A DNA stretch of 63,355 nucleotides, filler included. It is 5 parts of 5 records of this genome, joined end to end, with 100 filler letters (N's around TTAATTAATTAA, not from the genome) between each part and the next. Parts side by side here need not be neighbours in the genome. Positions count along the whole stretch, not along the records: positions 1 to 16,118 come from DRR378314_1799; positions 16,219 to 29,487 come from DRR378314_1802; 3 more parts are not named here. One strand, 5' to 3'. The notes beneath the pieces are model-generated. The model saw only the letters and a list, made by a program, of their open reading frames with translations, was not told where the DNA came from and made no database searches. The translations under genes were made by a program, and so were the position numbers. The first letter of the stretch is position 1. Every line of letters begins with the position of its first letter. This document shows positions 9,808 through 20,849 of the stretch, piece after piece.

Positions 9808-10164
9808 ATGTCGGCTGGCCCGGTGACCCTCTACGGATTGAAGAATTGCGATACATGCAAGAAGGCGCTGAAAGCCTTGGACGCTGCCGACAGGGACACC
9901 GCCTTCGTGGACATACGCGAAGAGGCCGACCTTGATCGGCTTGTGCCCGCCTGGCTCAAGGCCGTTGGCGCGGAGAAGCTGGTCAATCGCCGTTCGACCA
10001 CATGGCGCACCTTGTCGGACGAGGAGAAATCCGGCGCGCTGGGCGATGGCGCAGCAGCCTTGCTCAAGGCCAATCCAACCCTGATCAAGCGACCCGTCAT
10101 TGATACCGGCGCAGATATTCTTGTTGGGTGGGACAGTGGCGCGCAGCAGGCCCTGACGCAATGA
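9808..10164 (+). CDS. ArsC/Spx-family (YffB-like) thioredoxin-fold protein
   Basis: YGLKNCDTCKKA, NRRSTTWR, PTLIKRPV. Confidence 0.9.
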   Translation: MSAGPVTLYGLKNCDTCKKALKALDAADRDTAFVDIREEADLDRLVPAWLKAVGAEKLVNRRSTTWRTLSDEEKSGALGDGAAALLKANPTLIKRPVIDTGADILVGWDSGAQQALTQ

Positions 10165-10523
10165 CCCTGGAGGAATACAATTCCTTTTGCGATGGGCTTG
10201 GCCAGACCGAACATGTGGTACAATGGGGCGGGTCCCATGTGTGGAAGATTGGCAACAAGGTCTTCGCCATTGGAACACCCGATGGCGAACAGCTGGCGGC
10301 ATGCACATTCAAGGTGCGCCCGATCAGCTTTCACATCCTGAAGGAACAACCCGGGTGCCAAGGTGCGCCCTATCTCGCCTCACGCGGCATGAAATGGATT
10401 CAGCGCTTCTCCGACGAAACCCTGTCGGATGAGGACCTCAAGGAATATCTCACCGAATCCTTCCGGCTGATCGGCAGCGCGCTCAGCAAGAAAAAGCAGC
10501 GTGAACTTGGCCTGATCGACTAA
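10161..10523 (+). CDS. MmcQ/YjbR-family protein
   Basis: QWGGSHVWKIGNKVFA, APYLASRGMKW; ATGA overlap with the upstream gene. Confidence 0.88.
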   Translation: MTLEEYNSFCDGLGQTEHVVQWGGSHVWKIGNKVFAIGTPDGEQLAACTFKVRPISFHILKEQPGCQGAPYLASRGMKWIQRFSDETLSDEDLKEYLTESFRLIGSALSKKKQRELGLID

Positions 10524-10590
10524 ACCAACCCGCTTGTCGCATTGACGCCAAGGCTGTGACTGGGCCATGCGCGCAGGACAGGAGCCAGCT

Positions 10591-11301
10591 ATGTCCACCG
10601 CTTTCACGATTTCCGTCCCCGCCATGTTCAATGGCCCGCCCGGCTCCGCCAATGGCGGCATCTCTGCCGGACTTGCCGCCAGCCAGATCGACGGCCCGGC
10701 CGAGGTTTCCCTGCGCGCGCCACCGCCGCTGGAAACACCGATGCAGGTGATCCAGACAGGAGACGGGTATGAAGTCCGCCATGACAAGCAAACCGTCATG
10801 CTGGTGCGCCCGACCGAGGCGCTTGCTCCGCCCCCTGCCGCGCCGGGCTTCGAGATTGCCAAATCCGGCCCGGACCATTTCCCGCCGGTCGAAACGCACG
10901 CTTTTCCTGGCTGCTATGTCTGCGGGCCGGAACGCACCGAGGACGGCTTGTGCCTGTTCACCGGGAAACCTGACGGCTATGACGGCGTGACAGATGTCTG
11001 GACACCCGATGCCAGCCTTGCGGGCGAAGACGGCCTGATCCGCCCGGAAATCCTCTGGGCCGCGTTGGATTGCCCCGGCGCGTTCGCGATCGGCTTTCAG
11101 GACAATCCGATGGTGCTCGCCAAGATCGCCGCGCACATCCATGACCGGCCCGCCCCTGGCGATGAGTTGATCGTGGTCGGATGGTCTCTGTTCGATGATG
11201 GACGCAAGCATGGCGCCGCGACCGGTCTGTTCACCCGCGACGGACGCCTGCTGGCACAATCAGAGCAATTGTGGATCGAACTGAAACCGGCAGTCGCCTG
11301 A
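10591..11301 (+). CDS. Probable double-hotdog thioesterase-like protein
   Basis: FNGPPGSANGG, CYVCG, ALDCPG, GRKHGAATGLF; GGAG RBS. Confidence 0.7.
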   Translation: MSTAFTISVPAMFNGPPGSANGGISAGLAASQIDGPAEVSLRAPPPLETPMQVIQTGDGYEVRHDKQTVMLVRPTEALAPPPAAPGFEIAKSGPDHFPPVETHAFPGCYVCGPERTEDGLCLFTGKPDGYDGVTDVWTPDASLAGEDGLIRPEILWAALDCPGAFAIGFQDNPMVLAKIAAHIHDRPAPGDELIVVGWSLFDDGRKHGAATGLFTRDGRLLAQSEQLWIELKPAVA

Positions 11302-11305
11302 GCGA

Positions 11306-12109
11306 TCAGCGCCTGCGGCGCGGGTTGAGATAAAGATTACGTTCCTGCGTGTCGAGTTCACGCACGGCCCGCCCAATGTGAAGTTGCTCGACCTCTCTTG
11401 CGACATGTCTGCGCGCAGATCCATTGAATTTCAGCAGGGCACAGAATATCTGCAGGACGGCCTCCAGCTTTGCGTAGCTCTCCGCCGCATCCAGCTTCAC
11501 GATCCAGGAACCACCCAGATTGATGATCCGGTGGTCAAGGCTGCCGATCTTCCGGCCCCGGTCATCATAGAGGCTGTAATCCGCGCCAATGCCGATCACA
11601 TTGCGGCGGAGACGGTAGAAACGCGGCCCATTCTTCGTATCGATGAAGAAGGAAAATTTCTCCGGAAACAAGGGCCATTTGTGCGCCGAACGCTCCAATT
11701 GAATGATCTGGTCGTGGCGACTGATATTGACGGAATAGGCCGGAACCGGCACGCCCTTCGCCCCAATGCTCAATTGGAGTGAGCGCCCCATCAGCAGTTC
11801 GGCGGTCCCGCGCCAATGCATGCCTTCAGAGAAAAGCTTCAGCACAAGACGGCGCTTCATGCCCTCTTCGGTTTTCCACAATTCCTTCCGGTAGGCGAGA
11901 ATCCCCGTCCGCTCGCGACCATCCTTGACCTGCCCGAAAATTTCCATGTCCTTGGTGAACTGATCAGACGCAGCCTCGTGCTGGGTCCGCTTCATGATGC
12001 CAATCTCGGTCGGATTCAGATCCGTTGCCCAGAGGTCCACCTTGAACGTCTTGTATTTCGACTTCGCCTTGGTCTCCTCGGCAGGACCGAACGTCGCGGT
12101 AAAAGCCAT
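11306..12109 (-). CDS. Hypothetical protein, possible LURP-one/tubby-like barrel
   Basis: 267-aa ORF with GGAG RBS; beta-rich pattern closed by a hydrophobic helix. Confidence 0.7.
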   Translation of the reverse strand: MAFTATFGPAEETKAKSKYKTFKVDLWATDLNPTEIGIMKRTQHEAASDQFTKDMEIFGQVKDGRERTGILAYRKELWKTEEGMKRRLVLKLFSEGMHWRGTAELLMGRSLQLSIGAKGVPVPAYSVNISRHDQIIQLERSAHKWPLFPEKFSFFIDTKNGPRFYRLRRNVIGIGADYSLYDDRGRKIGSLDHRIINLGGSWIVKLDAAESYAKLEAVLQIFCALLKFNGSARRHVAREVEQLHIGRAVRELDTQERNLYLNPRRRR

Positions 12110-12223
12110 TGGGCACGTCTCCGTCATCGGGTTCGCGCCCAACATGGCGATTCGGTGTCGCCATAAGGTTAACAAATCGCCCTCAGGCATTAAACAACTG
12201 CAGTTTCCGCAGTGGCCAGGCCC

Positions 12224-12982
12224 CTACCCCAATTGCGGCTGGCCGTTTGACGCCGATACGCCGCCATCCACCGGCAGGACGACACCTGTCACAAAACGCG
12301 CATCCCGGCTTGCCAAGAAGGCGATGACGTCCGCAACGTCTTCAGGCTCGCCCGGCCGCCCCATTGGTATTCGCTGCAGGAAGCGCTCCAGCAATCCATC
12401 ATCATCCATGATGCCATCGGCCATGTCGGTCCTGGTCAGGCTTGGCGCGACCGCATTGACGCGGACACCTTCACCAGCAAGGTCCAGCGCCATACCCTTG
12501 GTCATCAGGCTGACACCGCCTTTAGACGTGTTGTATCCAAACATGCCCCAATCCCCTCCCAGACCGGAGACAGACGACACATTTACGATGTTGCCCTTCG
12601 ACTTTTTGAGGTGTGGAAGCGCCGCAGTAACAGTGTTGAAGATTCCGCCGACATTGATGTCCTGCATCTTCTGAAAGTCGTCGCGTGACAGTTTTCCCGG
12701 TCGCCCGCCACGCGCAATGCCCGCATTGTTGACCAGCACGTCCAGGCGACCAAACGCATCAAGGGTCTCGGCCACCAAAGCATCGACGTCTTCAACCTTC
12801 GACACATCTCCAGCGACTATTTTTACCCGGTCACCCTCAATCTCGCTGGCGATCGACTCCAGTTTCTCCCGGGTCCGACCATTGAGAACCGTATTGTAGC
12901 CATCGCGAGCAAAGCGCTTTGCGGTTGCCGCGCCGATGCCCGATCCGGCGCCGGTGATTATAACTGTTGGGGCGTCTGACAT
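12224..12982 (-). CDS. Short-chain dehydrogenase/reductase
   Basis: TGAGSGIG, NNAG, YNTSK (YxxxK), GEPEDVA. Confidence 0.93.
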   Translation of the reverse strand: MSDAPTVIITGAGSGIGAATAKRFARDGYNTVLNGRTREKLESIASEIEGDRVKIVAGDVSKVEDVDALVAETLDAFGRLDVLVNNAGIARGGRPGKLSRDDFQKMQDINVGGIFNTVTAALPHLKKSKGNIVNVSSVSGLGGDWGMFGYNTSKGGVSLMTKGMALDLAGEGVRVNAVAPSLTRTDMADGIMDDDGLLERFLQRIPMGRPGEPEDVADVIAFLASRDARFVTGVVLPVDGGVSASNGQPQLG

Positions 12983-13048
12983 GCTGGTCTCCAATCTGGC
13001 TTTGTCTTGTAAGCCAATGATTGGGGACCAACGCGGTTCCACTCCCTA

Positions 13049-13510
13049 TCATCCTGCCTGCAGCAATTCCTCCAACCGGATCAATGCGCTGCCCCAACCT
13101 TCTTGCGCCTCTTCCAGCAAGGTTGATCCGTCCAAAGCGACGGTTTGCAGGGTCACAACCAGACGCGTGCCCGCCCCTTCGGCCAGAAACTCTGCAGTAA
13201 CAAGGCAGGCTCCTTCCAGCGCATCCATGGAAGAAATGATCTCCGTATAGACAATCCGTTTATCAGGAAGGATGTCATGATACCGCCCGCGTACCACGGC
13301 GACAGCCTCATCGCCAGCAAGGCAGGTCGTCACATCTTCTCCGCCTACGGTAAAGTCAGCTGCATCGATACGCATGTCGATCTCATCCGAAGGCGATCCC
13401 CAGACCTTGCGCTGGTCTGGATCGGCCCAGGCGGCGAAGACGCGCGCGGGTGAGGCCGACAGGCCTTTATCAAGCGTAGCAGTTCCATGCTGAGCGGTGT
13501 GATGGGTCAT
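13049..13510 (-). CDS. SRPBCC/AHSA1-like ligand-binding protein
   Basis: ASPARVFAAWADP...GWGSALIRL; follows an ArsR gene. Confidence 0.88.
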   Translation of the reverse strand: MTHHTAQHGTATLDKGLSASPARVFAAWADPDQRKVWGSPSDEIDMRIDAADFTVGGEDVTTCLAGDEAVAVVRGRYHDILPDKRIVYTEIISSMDALEGACLVTAEFLAEGAGTRLVVTLQTVALDGSTLLEEAQEGWGSALIRLEELLQAG

Positions 13511-13511
13511 G

Positions 13512-13865
13512 TCAGGTGTCCTTGTTGGGGTCGTTCTCGTTCAGGAAATCATCAAGCCGGTCGAGCCGTGCAGACCAGGCCTGTTCATATTGCGTGATCC
13601 AGTTCTTCAGCTCCGCAAGACGGGCGGCTTCCAGTCGGCAAAGCCGGACCCGTCCCTTCTTGCGGCTGGACACCAGACCGCCAGCCTCCAGCACTTTGAG
13701 GTGCTGCAAGAAGGTCGGCAGGGCCATGTCATAGGGTTCGGCCAGTTTCGACACCGGCGCCTCGCCAAGCGCCAGTTGCGCCAGAACTCCGCGCCGTGTG
13801 GCATCCCCGAGGGCGTGGAAGGCCCGGTCGAGGGCGGATGAATCGGAAGAAGAATAGTTAGCCAT
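13512..13865 (-). CDS. ArsR/SmtB-family regulator
   Basis: FHALGDATRR, QHLKVLE, KKGRVR. Confidence 0.92.
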   Translation of the reverse strand: MANYSSSDSSALDRAFHALGDATRRGVLAQLALGEAPVSKLAEPYDMALPTFLQHLKVLEAGGLVSSRKKGRVRLCRLEAARLAELKNWITQYEQAWSARLDRLDDFLNENDPNKDT

Positions 13866-13925
13866 ATAGCTATCTATCTCGAAGCGCGCAAAGGCGTCAA
13901 GTCACTTAGTAATTCTACTAACTAT
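13854..13925 (-). promoter_or_regulatory. Two ArsR-type inverted repeats flanking a -35 TTGACG
   Basis: ATAGTTAGC-N6-GCTATCTAT (13854-13877) and TTAGT-N6-ACTAACTAT (13906-13925); CGTCAA at 13895-13900. Confidence 0.6.
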
Positions 13926-14032
13926 TTTGTCGCCACAGTGAGTGCCACCCACAACGCCCCAGCAAAACAAGGTATTCGCAAAGCGCAGCACACCGGCTAG
14001 ATTCTCCCGACCCATGCTTTCCCGGAGGATTT

Positions 14033-15031
14033 ATGCGCCTGAAACTTGCCGCCCTGCTGGCCGCGACCGCCTGCTTCATTCCAGCCGCGCTGGCCGATTG
14101 CCCGGCTGACCATCACCAGCAATTGGTGCGCAAGCTGCAATCCCTTCAGGCTGCGGGCGAAAACGTGGACACCGGCGCCGTATACGAGGATCTGAAAGCT
14201 GACTTCGCGAACTGCCCCGACGACTATCAGGGCATCGCAATGTCTATCCATCTGATGACATCGGCTGTGGCACGCGAAACCGACCCCGTTGCGAAGATGG
14301 AGCAGATCAACTTCGCGTTCGAAATGCTGCGCCAGGCCTCCGACACATATGATTCCACGATGCAGCCTTTCACCTACACAGACGAAAGCGGCGCTGAGCA
14401 AAGCTTCTGGGCGTGGGGCCATGCGCGCAACGCGCTGGGCCTGTCGTTCCTGCCCCACCTCGTCCTGCTTGCCGAGTCCGGTCATGTCGAGCCAAGCCTG
14501 ACCGGAGGCGCCCCCGCTGTATGCCCCTATGGAGAGACGCCGCGTTTGTCAGACGAGGTGGAAGGCCGATTCTGGGTCACGCTGCTGGAGTCATCGTCAA
14601 AATTCGGGACCGCTGGCTTGGGAGACGAGGACGATCTGAAATTCTACGACCAGAATCTCGCCGTCTATGATCGGCGGGTCGAATTTGCGAAGAATCGCCT
14701 CTCGTCGCTCGCGAAAGCCTGCCCCGCAAGTGAAACCCAATTCCTATATGATCGCGCCAGAGTGATGGGCCAGTGGGCGCAGTATTCTGACCGTCAGGCC
14801 AATCAGATCAAACTGGCAATTGAAGATTTCCGGGTGGACCGCGACAGGCGCGAAATCGTGTCTCAGCTGCGCGAAGACTTGCTCGACCAGCGCAATGCGC
14901 GCGCCCGCGACGCGGCCGAGGCCTACAACGCGTTCTACGCCTCGAAGGCGAAGACCGGCTCGCATCTCGAATTCCGACTTGGTGACGAGCAAACATATAT
15001 TGATGTGACGGGCTGGTCGAAGACCCCGTAA
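14033..15031 (+). CDS. Hypothetical exported helical protein
   Basis: GGAGG RBS, Sec-like signal peptide (ALA|D), 332 aa, no motif recognised. Confidence 0.8.
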   Translation: MRLKLAALLAATACFIPAALADCPADHHQQLVRKLQSLQAAGENVDTGAVYEDLKADFANCPDDYQGIAMSIHLMTSAVARETDPVAKMEQINFAFEMLRQASDTYDSTMQPFTYTDESGAEQSFWAWGHARNALGLSFLPHLVLLAESGHVEPSLTGGAPAVCPYGETPRLSDEVEGRFWVTLLESSSKFGTAGLGDEDDLKFYDQNLAVYDRRVEFAKNRLSSLAKACPASETQFLYDRARVMGQWAQYSDRQANQIKLAIEDFRVDRDRREIVSQLREDLLDQRNARARDAAEAYNAFYASKAKTGSHLEFRLGDEQTYIDVTGWSKTP

Positions 15032-15097
15032 AGCCGCCAGACCGCCACCGGCAGAAAGCCCTCTTTCAATCGCCACGCGATTGGACTAGTTTGCACC

Positions 15098-16118
<1,021 letters not shown>

Positions 16119-16218
16119 NNNNNNNNNNNNNNNNNNNNNNNNNNNNNNNNNNNNNNNNNNNNTTAATTAATTAANNNNNNNNNNNNNNNNNNNNNNNNNN
16201 NNNNNNNNNNNNNNNNNN
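16119..16218. other. Artificial contig spacer
   Basis: 44 N + TTAATTAATTAA (stops in all six frames) + 44 N. Confidence 0.99.
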
Positions 16219-19200
16219 CTTACCCGGAGGCTGGCACATGATCTCCAGCCCCGCATCCAGCGGGTCGTCGCTTTCAACCATCAGCAGGTTGGCTTCGCCG
16301 CCGCCAAAGAGGTGCGTGAACAACATCGCAAAGGAGCTGTTGACCTGCTCGAAGGCGGTCAGTAGCCGTTCGCGCCCCTCGCGGTTGAGGCTGGCGATGC
16401 CCGCGCGCAGGGTCTTTACCGCCTCTTCGAGATCCAGCTTTTCAGCCGCCAGCGTGTCATGCTCTTCCTGCACCTCGCGGGCGTCTTCCTCGGCGCGCAG
16501 GTTCACCGCCCCCAGCGCGTCCCGCTGGCGTTTGTGGCGGGCAACCTCGACCTCCAGATCCTCGGCGTTGGGCATATCTTCGGGCGCGACCTCAAGCTGC
16601 TGCAGCAGGTCGCCCGGCTCCATCTGCATCACCTCGTCGATGCGCTCGGCGGTGGCCTCGACGGTCTCGCGGGCGGCTTCGGTGCGGGCCTCGGAGCGGG
16701 CGCGCGCCTCGCGGGCCTCGGAGGCCAGGCGTTCGCATTCGCGCTCATTGTGCACCGCCTCGCGCAGCACGCCTTCGGCGGCGACCAGCGCGTCGGTGGC
16801 CTCCGCCTTGCGGGTCTCGGCCTCGGCGATCTGTTCGTTCAGCTCCTCGCGGGTCTCGGCAATCTCGCCGGGCACCGCCATTGCGTCCTCCAGCTCTTCC
16901 TGACTGGCTTCGCGGCGCTCTTCCAGTTCGGCGATCCGCTTGCCGGCCGACTCCAGACGGTGGCGCCAGCCGGAGATTTCCTTGGTCACGGTCTGGGCCC
17001 GTTTGGTGCGGGCCTCGCCCTCGCGGCGCAGCTCGTCCAGCGCGGAGCGATGGGTCAGCATGGTGATCCGTGCAGCCTCGACGCCGTGTTTGATCTCCTC
17101 GACCTTGGCGCGGGCCTCACCCAGATCCCCCAGCGCGCTTTGCCCGGTTTCCGCCTCTTTCAGCTGCAGCGAGGCAGTGAGCGCATCCTCGTCATGGCGC
17201 GCAACGGCGATGCCGAAGTTTTCCAGCTTGCCTTCAGCGAGGTTGCGCTCCGCCTCGGCGCGGCTCAGGGCACGGGCGGCATCGGCGACACGCTGGTCGG
17301 CGGCGCGGCGGGCCTGACGGGCGGCCTGATCGGCGCGGGTGACCTCTTCCAGCTTGCGCACCAGCGCCTCATGCGCCGCCTGCGCGCCCTCGGTTCGGGC
17401 GGTGGCATGGGCCAGATCCTGTTTCAGCGCTTCCAGCCGGTTCATCTGTTCCAGCCGCATGGCGGCGGCAGAGGGCGCATCCTCGGCCCAGGCGCGGAAG
17501 CCGTCCCAGCGCCACAGGTCGCCCTCCAATGTCACCAGCCGCTGCCCCGGTTGCAGTTGCGGCTGCAGGCGCAGGGCCTCGTCCGGGTCCACCACGCCGA
17601 TCTGCGCGATCCGGCGCCAGAGCGCATCGGGGCCGTCGACATATTTGCCCAGCGGTTCAACCCCGTCGGGCAGCGGCGCGTCGCGGTCATAGGACGGCAA
17701 GGTGAGCCAGCCGGTGGGCCCGTCGCCATCCGCAAGCGGCGCGCGCAGATCATCGGAGAGCGCCGCCCCCAAGGCCTTCTCGTAGCCCGGGGTCACCCGC
17801 AGGTCATCCATCACCTGCCCGCCCTCGGCGGTGTCCCGTTCGACCAGCTTGGCCAGCGCCGTCACCTCGGCCCGCAGCGCGCCAAGCTCGCCCTCGGCCT
17901 CGGAGCGTTTGGCGCGTGCCTCGGTCTCATGCGCCTGGGTTTCGGTGCGCAGCTCATCCGCCTCGGCCAGGGCCTCCTCGGCCATTTCGGCCCCCTCGCG
18001 GGCCTCTTCCTCGGCCTCAACTGCGGCCTCATAGGTTTCTTCCGACGTCCCCAGCGCCTCGCGGGCCTCCGCCATGGCGGCGCGGGACTTGGCGCCCTCC
18101 CCCTCGGCCCGGTCCAGCGCCCGGCGGCAATCCTCAACCAGCCGTTGGGCAGACTGGTGACGGGCAGCAAGACGGGCGACATCCTCAGTCACCTGCGACA
18201 GGTGTTCCTCGCCGGTGTGCAGGATCGACGCCGATTCCTCGGCCACATCCGCCGCTTCGGACATCCGGTCGTCCTGGCCTTCGCCGGCCTTGGCCAGCTC
18301 GCGCTTTTCCCATTCAAGCCGTTCAATGGTTTCGCCCGCGTCCTTGTTCAGGCCGGCCTCGCGCTCAATGTCATTGCCCAGCTGCTGGATGCGGCTGTTC
18401 AGACGTTCGATGTTCTGACGCGCCTGCGCCTCCTGATCCGAGAGCGCATCGCGCTGCACCACCAGCCGCTGCAACACGGCCGCGGCGATCGCGTCTTCTT
18501 CGCGCAGGGGCGGTAGGCCTTCTTCGGCCTCAGCCCGTTTCTCGCTCGCCACGCGGGCCAATGCCTCTGCCTTGGCGGCCTGGGTCACGCGGGTGCGCAG
18601 TTCCTCCTCGGCGGCAAGGCGGGCGTCATCCGCTTCGCGCCAGCGCCGGTAGAGCAGCATGCCCTCGGCCAGCCGCAGCTTCTCGCCAATCTCGCGGTAG
18701 CGCTGCGCCTGTTTCGCCTGCCGCCCCAGCTGCCCCAACTGGCTGGCGAGCTGTTCGATCACGTCATCGACGCGCAGCAGGTTCTGTTCGGTGTTCTTGA
18801 GCTTCAGCTCCGCCTCGTGGCGCCGTTGATAGAGGCCGGAGATCCCCGCCGCCTCTTCCAGCACCCGGCGGCGAGCCTTGGGCTTGGCGTTGATCAGTTC
18901 GGAGATCTGCCCCTGCCGCACCAGCGCCGGTGAATGCGCGCCGGTCGAGGCATCGGCAAAGAGCATCTGCACGTCCTTGGCGCGCACATCGCGGGTGTTG
19001 GCCTTGTAGGCGGAGCCCACGTCGCGGGTGATCCGGCGCACGATGTCGAGCTGATCCGCCTCGTTGAAGCCGGACGGCGCCAGCCGCTCGGAGTTGTCGA
19101 TCTGCAGACTGACCTCGGCAAAATTGCGGGCCGAGCGACTGGCGGTGCCGGCAAAGATCACATCCTCCATGCCGCCGCCGCGCATCGCCTTGGCGCGGGT

Positions 19201-19350
19201 CTCGCCCATCACCCAGCGCAGCGCCTCCAGCAGGTTCGACTTGCCACAGCCGTTTGGCCCCACGACGCCGGTCAGACCATCGGCGATGATCAGGTCGGTG
19301 GGGTCAACAAAGCTCTTGAAGCCAGTCAGCCTGAGTTTGGAAAAGCGCAA
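16219..19350 (-). CDS. smc: Chromosome segregation protein SMC (3' truncated)
   Basis: GFKSF, GPNGCGKSN Walker A, long coiled coils, hinge, ends at QPPGK. Confidence 0.97.
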
Positions 19351-19452
19351 GATCGCCCTTTCTGGTGATTCCGTTGCCGGAAATCACATCAGTCTTGCGG
19401 GCCAAGTGTCAACGGCGCATGACGCAAAATCGGCACTTTCGGCCTCGCAACC

Positions 19453-19472
19453 CCACCATATCTTGTGGATAA
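19453..19472. promoter_or_regulatory. DnaA box overlapping an NrdR-box-like motif upstream of smc
   Basis: TGTGGATAA (reverse complement TTATCCACA) at 19464-19472; CCACCATATCTTGTG at 19453-19467; minus-strand TTGACA at 19407-19412. Confidence 0.45.
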
Positions 19473-19479
19473 CCGCCAT

Positions 19480-20694
19480 TTACAGCGCCGAGTTGAGCAC
19501 CCGCCCCAGACGCGCCATGCCCTCGGCGATCGCGGTTTCATTGCTGTTGGAGAAACTCAGCCGCAGCGTATTGGCGCCGGAGCCGTCGGCATAGAAGGCC
19601 TGACCGGGGACAAAGGCCAGCTTCTCCTGCGCCAAAGCGCGCTCCAGCAGCGTGGCACCGCTGATCCCCTCGGGCAGGGCCAGCCAGATGAACATGCCGC
19701 CCTCGGGCCGGGTCCAGGTGACGCCCTCGGGCATGTGCTCCGCCAGCGCGGCGAGCATGGCATCTCGGCGGCGCATGTAGACCGCGCGCAGGGACGCAAC
19801 GTGGTCGTCGAAAAGCCGCGCAGCCACCTGATGCGTGGCGATCTGGTTGATGGTGGCCGAATGCAGGTCGGCGGCCTGTTTCATCAACACCAGCTGCAGG
19901 ATCACCGGCGTCGCCGCCACCACCCAGCCGACGCGCAGCCCCGGCGACAGGGTTTTGGAAAAGGTGCCGCAGTAGATCGTGCGGCAGGCGTCGAGATCGC
20001 CGCCCTTCTGGTCCTGCTCCAGCGCCAGCATCGGCGGCACCGCCTCGCCATCATAGCGCAGGGCCTGATAGGCCCCATCCTCGATCACGGCGGCGTCCAG
20101 TGCCTCCGCCATCTGCAGGGCCGCCAAGCGCTCCGCCCGGGTCATGGTGACGCCGGTGGGATTGGCGAAATCGGGGCTCATATAGGTGAATTTGACCCGC
20201 CCCCCGGCGACCTCTGCTGCGGCAGCATAGGCTTCGGGCGGCTGGTTAACGCCCGGGCGCAGGCAGTCATAGCGCGGCTCATAGGCGTTGAAGGCCGCCA
20301 GCGCGCCAAGGTATGTCGGCCAGCCCACCAGCGCCGTGTCGCCGGGGTTGAGGAACAGCTTGCCCAGATAGTCCAGCGCCTGCTGCGAGCCGGAGGTGAT
20401 CAGCACGTTCTCCGGCGCGCAGGTGACACCGATCTCTGCCATATGCGCCGCGATCCACTGGCGCAGCGGCAGGTAGCCTTCGGAGATCGAGTATTGCAGC
20501 GCCTGCGCCTGATGCTCGGGCGTCAGGGCGGACTGGAACGCCTCGGCAAAGGCCTCAGCGGGAAAAAGTGCGGGATCCGGGATGCCACCGGCAAAGGACA
20601 ACATCCCCGGCTGATCCAGCAGCTTCAGCAGCTCGCGAATTTCCGATGCCTTCATGCGGCCGATGCGTGTCGCAAATTGCGCTGGGAGGGTCAT
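19480..20694 (-). CDS. PLP-dependent class I aminotransferase (MocR/Aro8-like)
   Basis: SFAGGIP, ITSGSQQAL, NPTG, GTFSKTLSPGLRVGW. Confidence 0.92.
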   Translation of the reverse strand: MTLPAQFATRIGRMKASEIRELLKLLDQPGMLSFAGGIPDPALFPAEAFAEAFQSALTPEHQAQALQYSISEGYLPLRQWIAAHMAEIGVTCAPENVLITSGSQQALDYLGKLFLNPGDTALVGWPTYLGALAAFNAYEPRYDCLRPGVNQPPEAYAAAAEVAGGRVKFTYMSPDFANPTGVTMTRAERLAALQMAEALDAAVIEDGAYQALRYDGEAVPPMLALEQDQKGGDLDACRTIYCGTFSKTLSPGLRVGWVVAATPVILQLVLMKQAADLHSATINQIATHQVAARLFDDHVASLRAVYMRRRDAMLAALAEHMPEGVTWTRPEGGMFIWLALPEGISGATLLERALAQEKLAFVPGQAFYADGSGANTLRLSFSNSNETAIAEGMARLGRVLNSAL

Positions 20695-20747
20695 TTGAAT
20701 CACTTTCCTTCTCGATCATGTCCGCAATCGATAGAAAGGCGAAAAAC

Positions 20748-20826
20748 AAGTCAATACTTCTGACCTATTATTTCAGCCATCGTGATCTTGCAGCTCCGGC
20801 CGGTTGGTGGTCATATGATTTGACCA
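20748..20826. promoter_or_regulatory. Two FadR-type operators, TGGTCA-N7-TGACCA
   Basis: Perfect site at 20808-20826; degenerate AAGTCA-N7-TGACCT at 20748-20766. Confidence 0.75.
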
Positions 20827-20849
20827 ATCGACATTCTCCGAGGCGCCGC

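Noticed and set aside
16163..16174. TTAATTAATTAA palindrome repeated four times
   Set aside because: Synthetic six-frame-stop linker inside N runs, not biological
16459..18516. 685-aa plus-strand ORF
   Set aside because: Antisense shadow of GC-rich smc; no recognisable motifs
19465..20763. 432-aa plus-strand ORF and similar long antisense ORFs (24080-25144, 27637-28695, 52835-53803, 60442-61500)
   Set aside because: Fully overlap well-supported genes on the opposite strand; expected from codon bias
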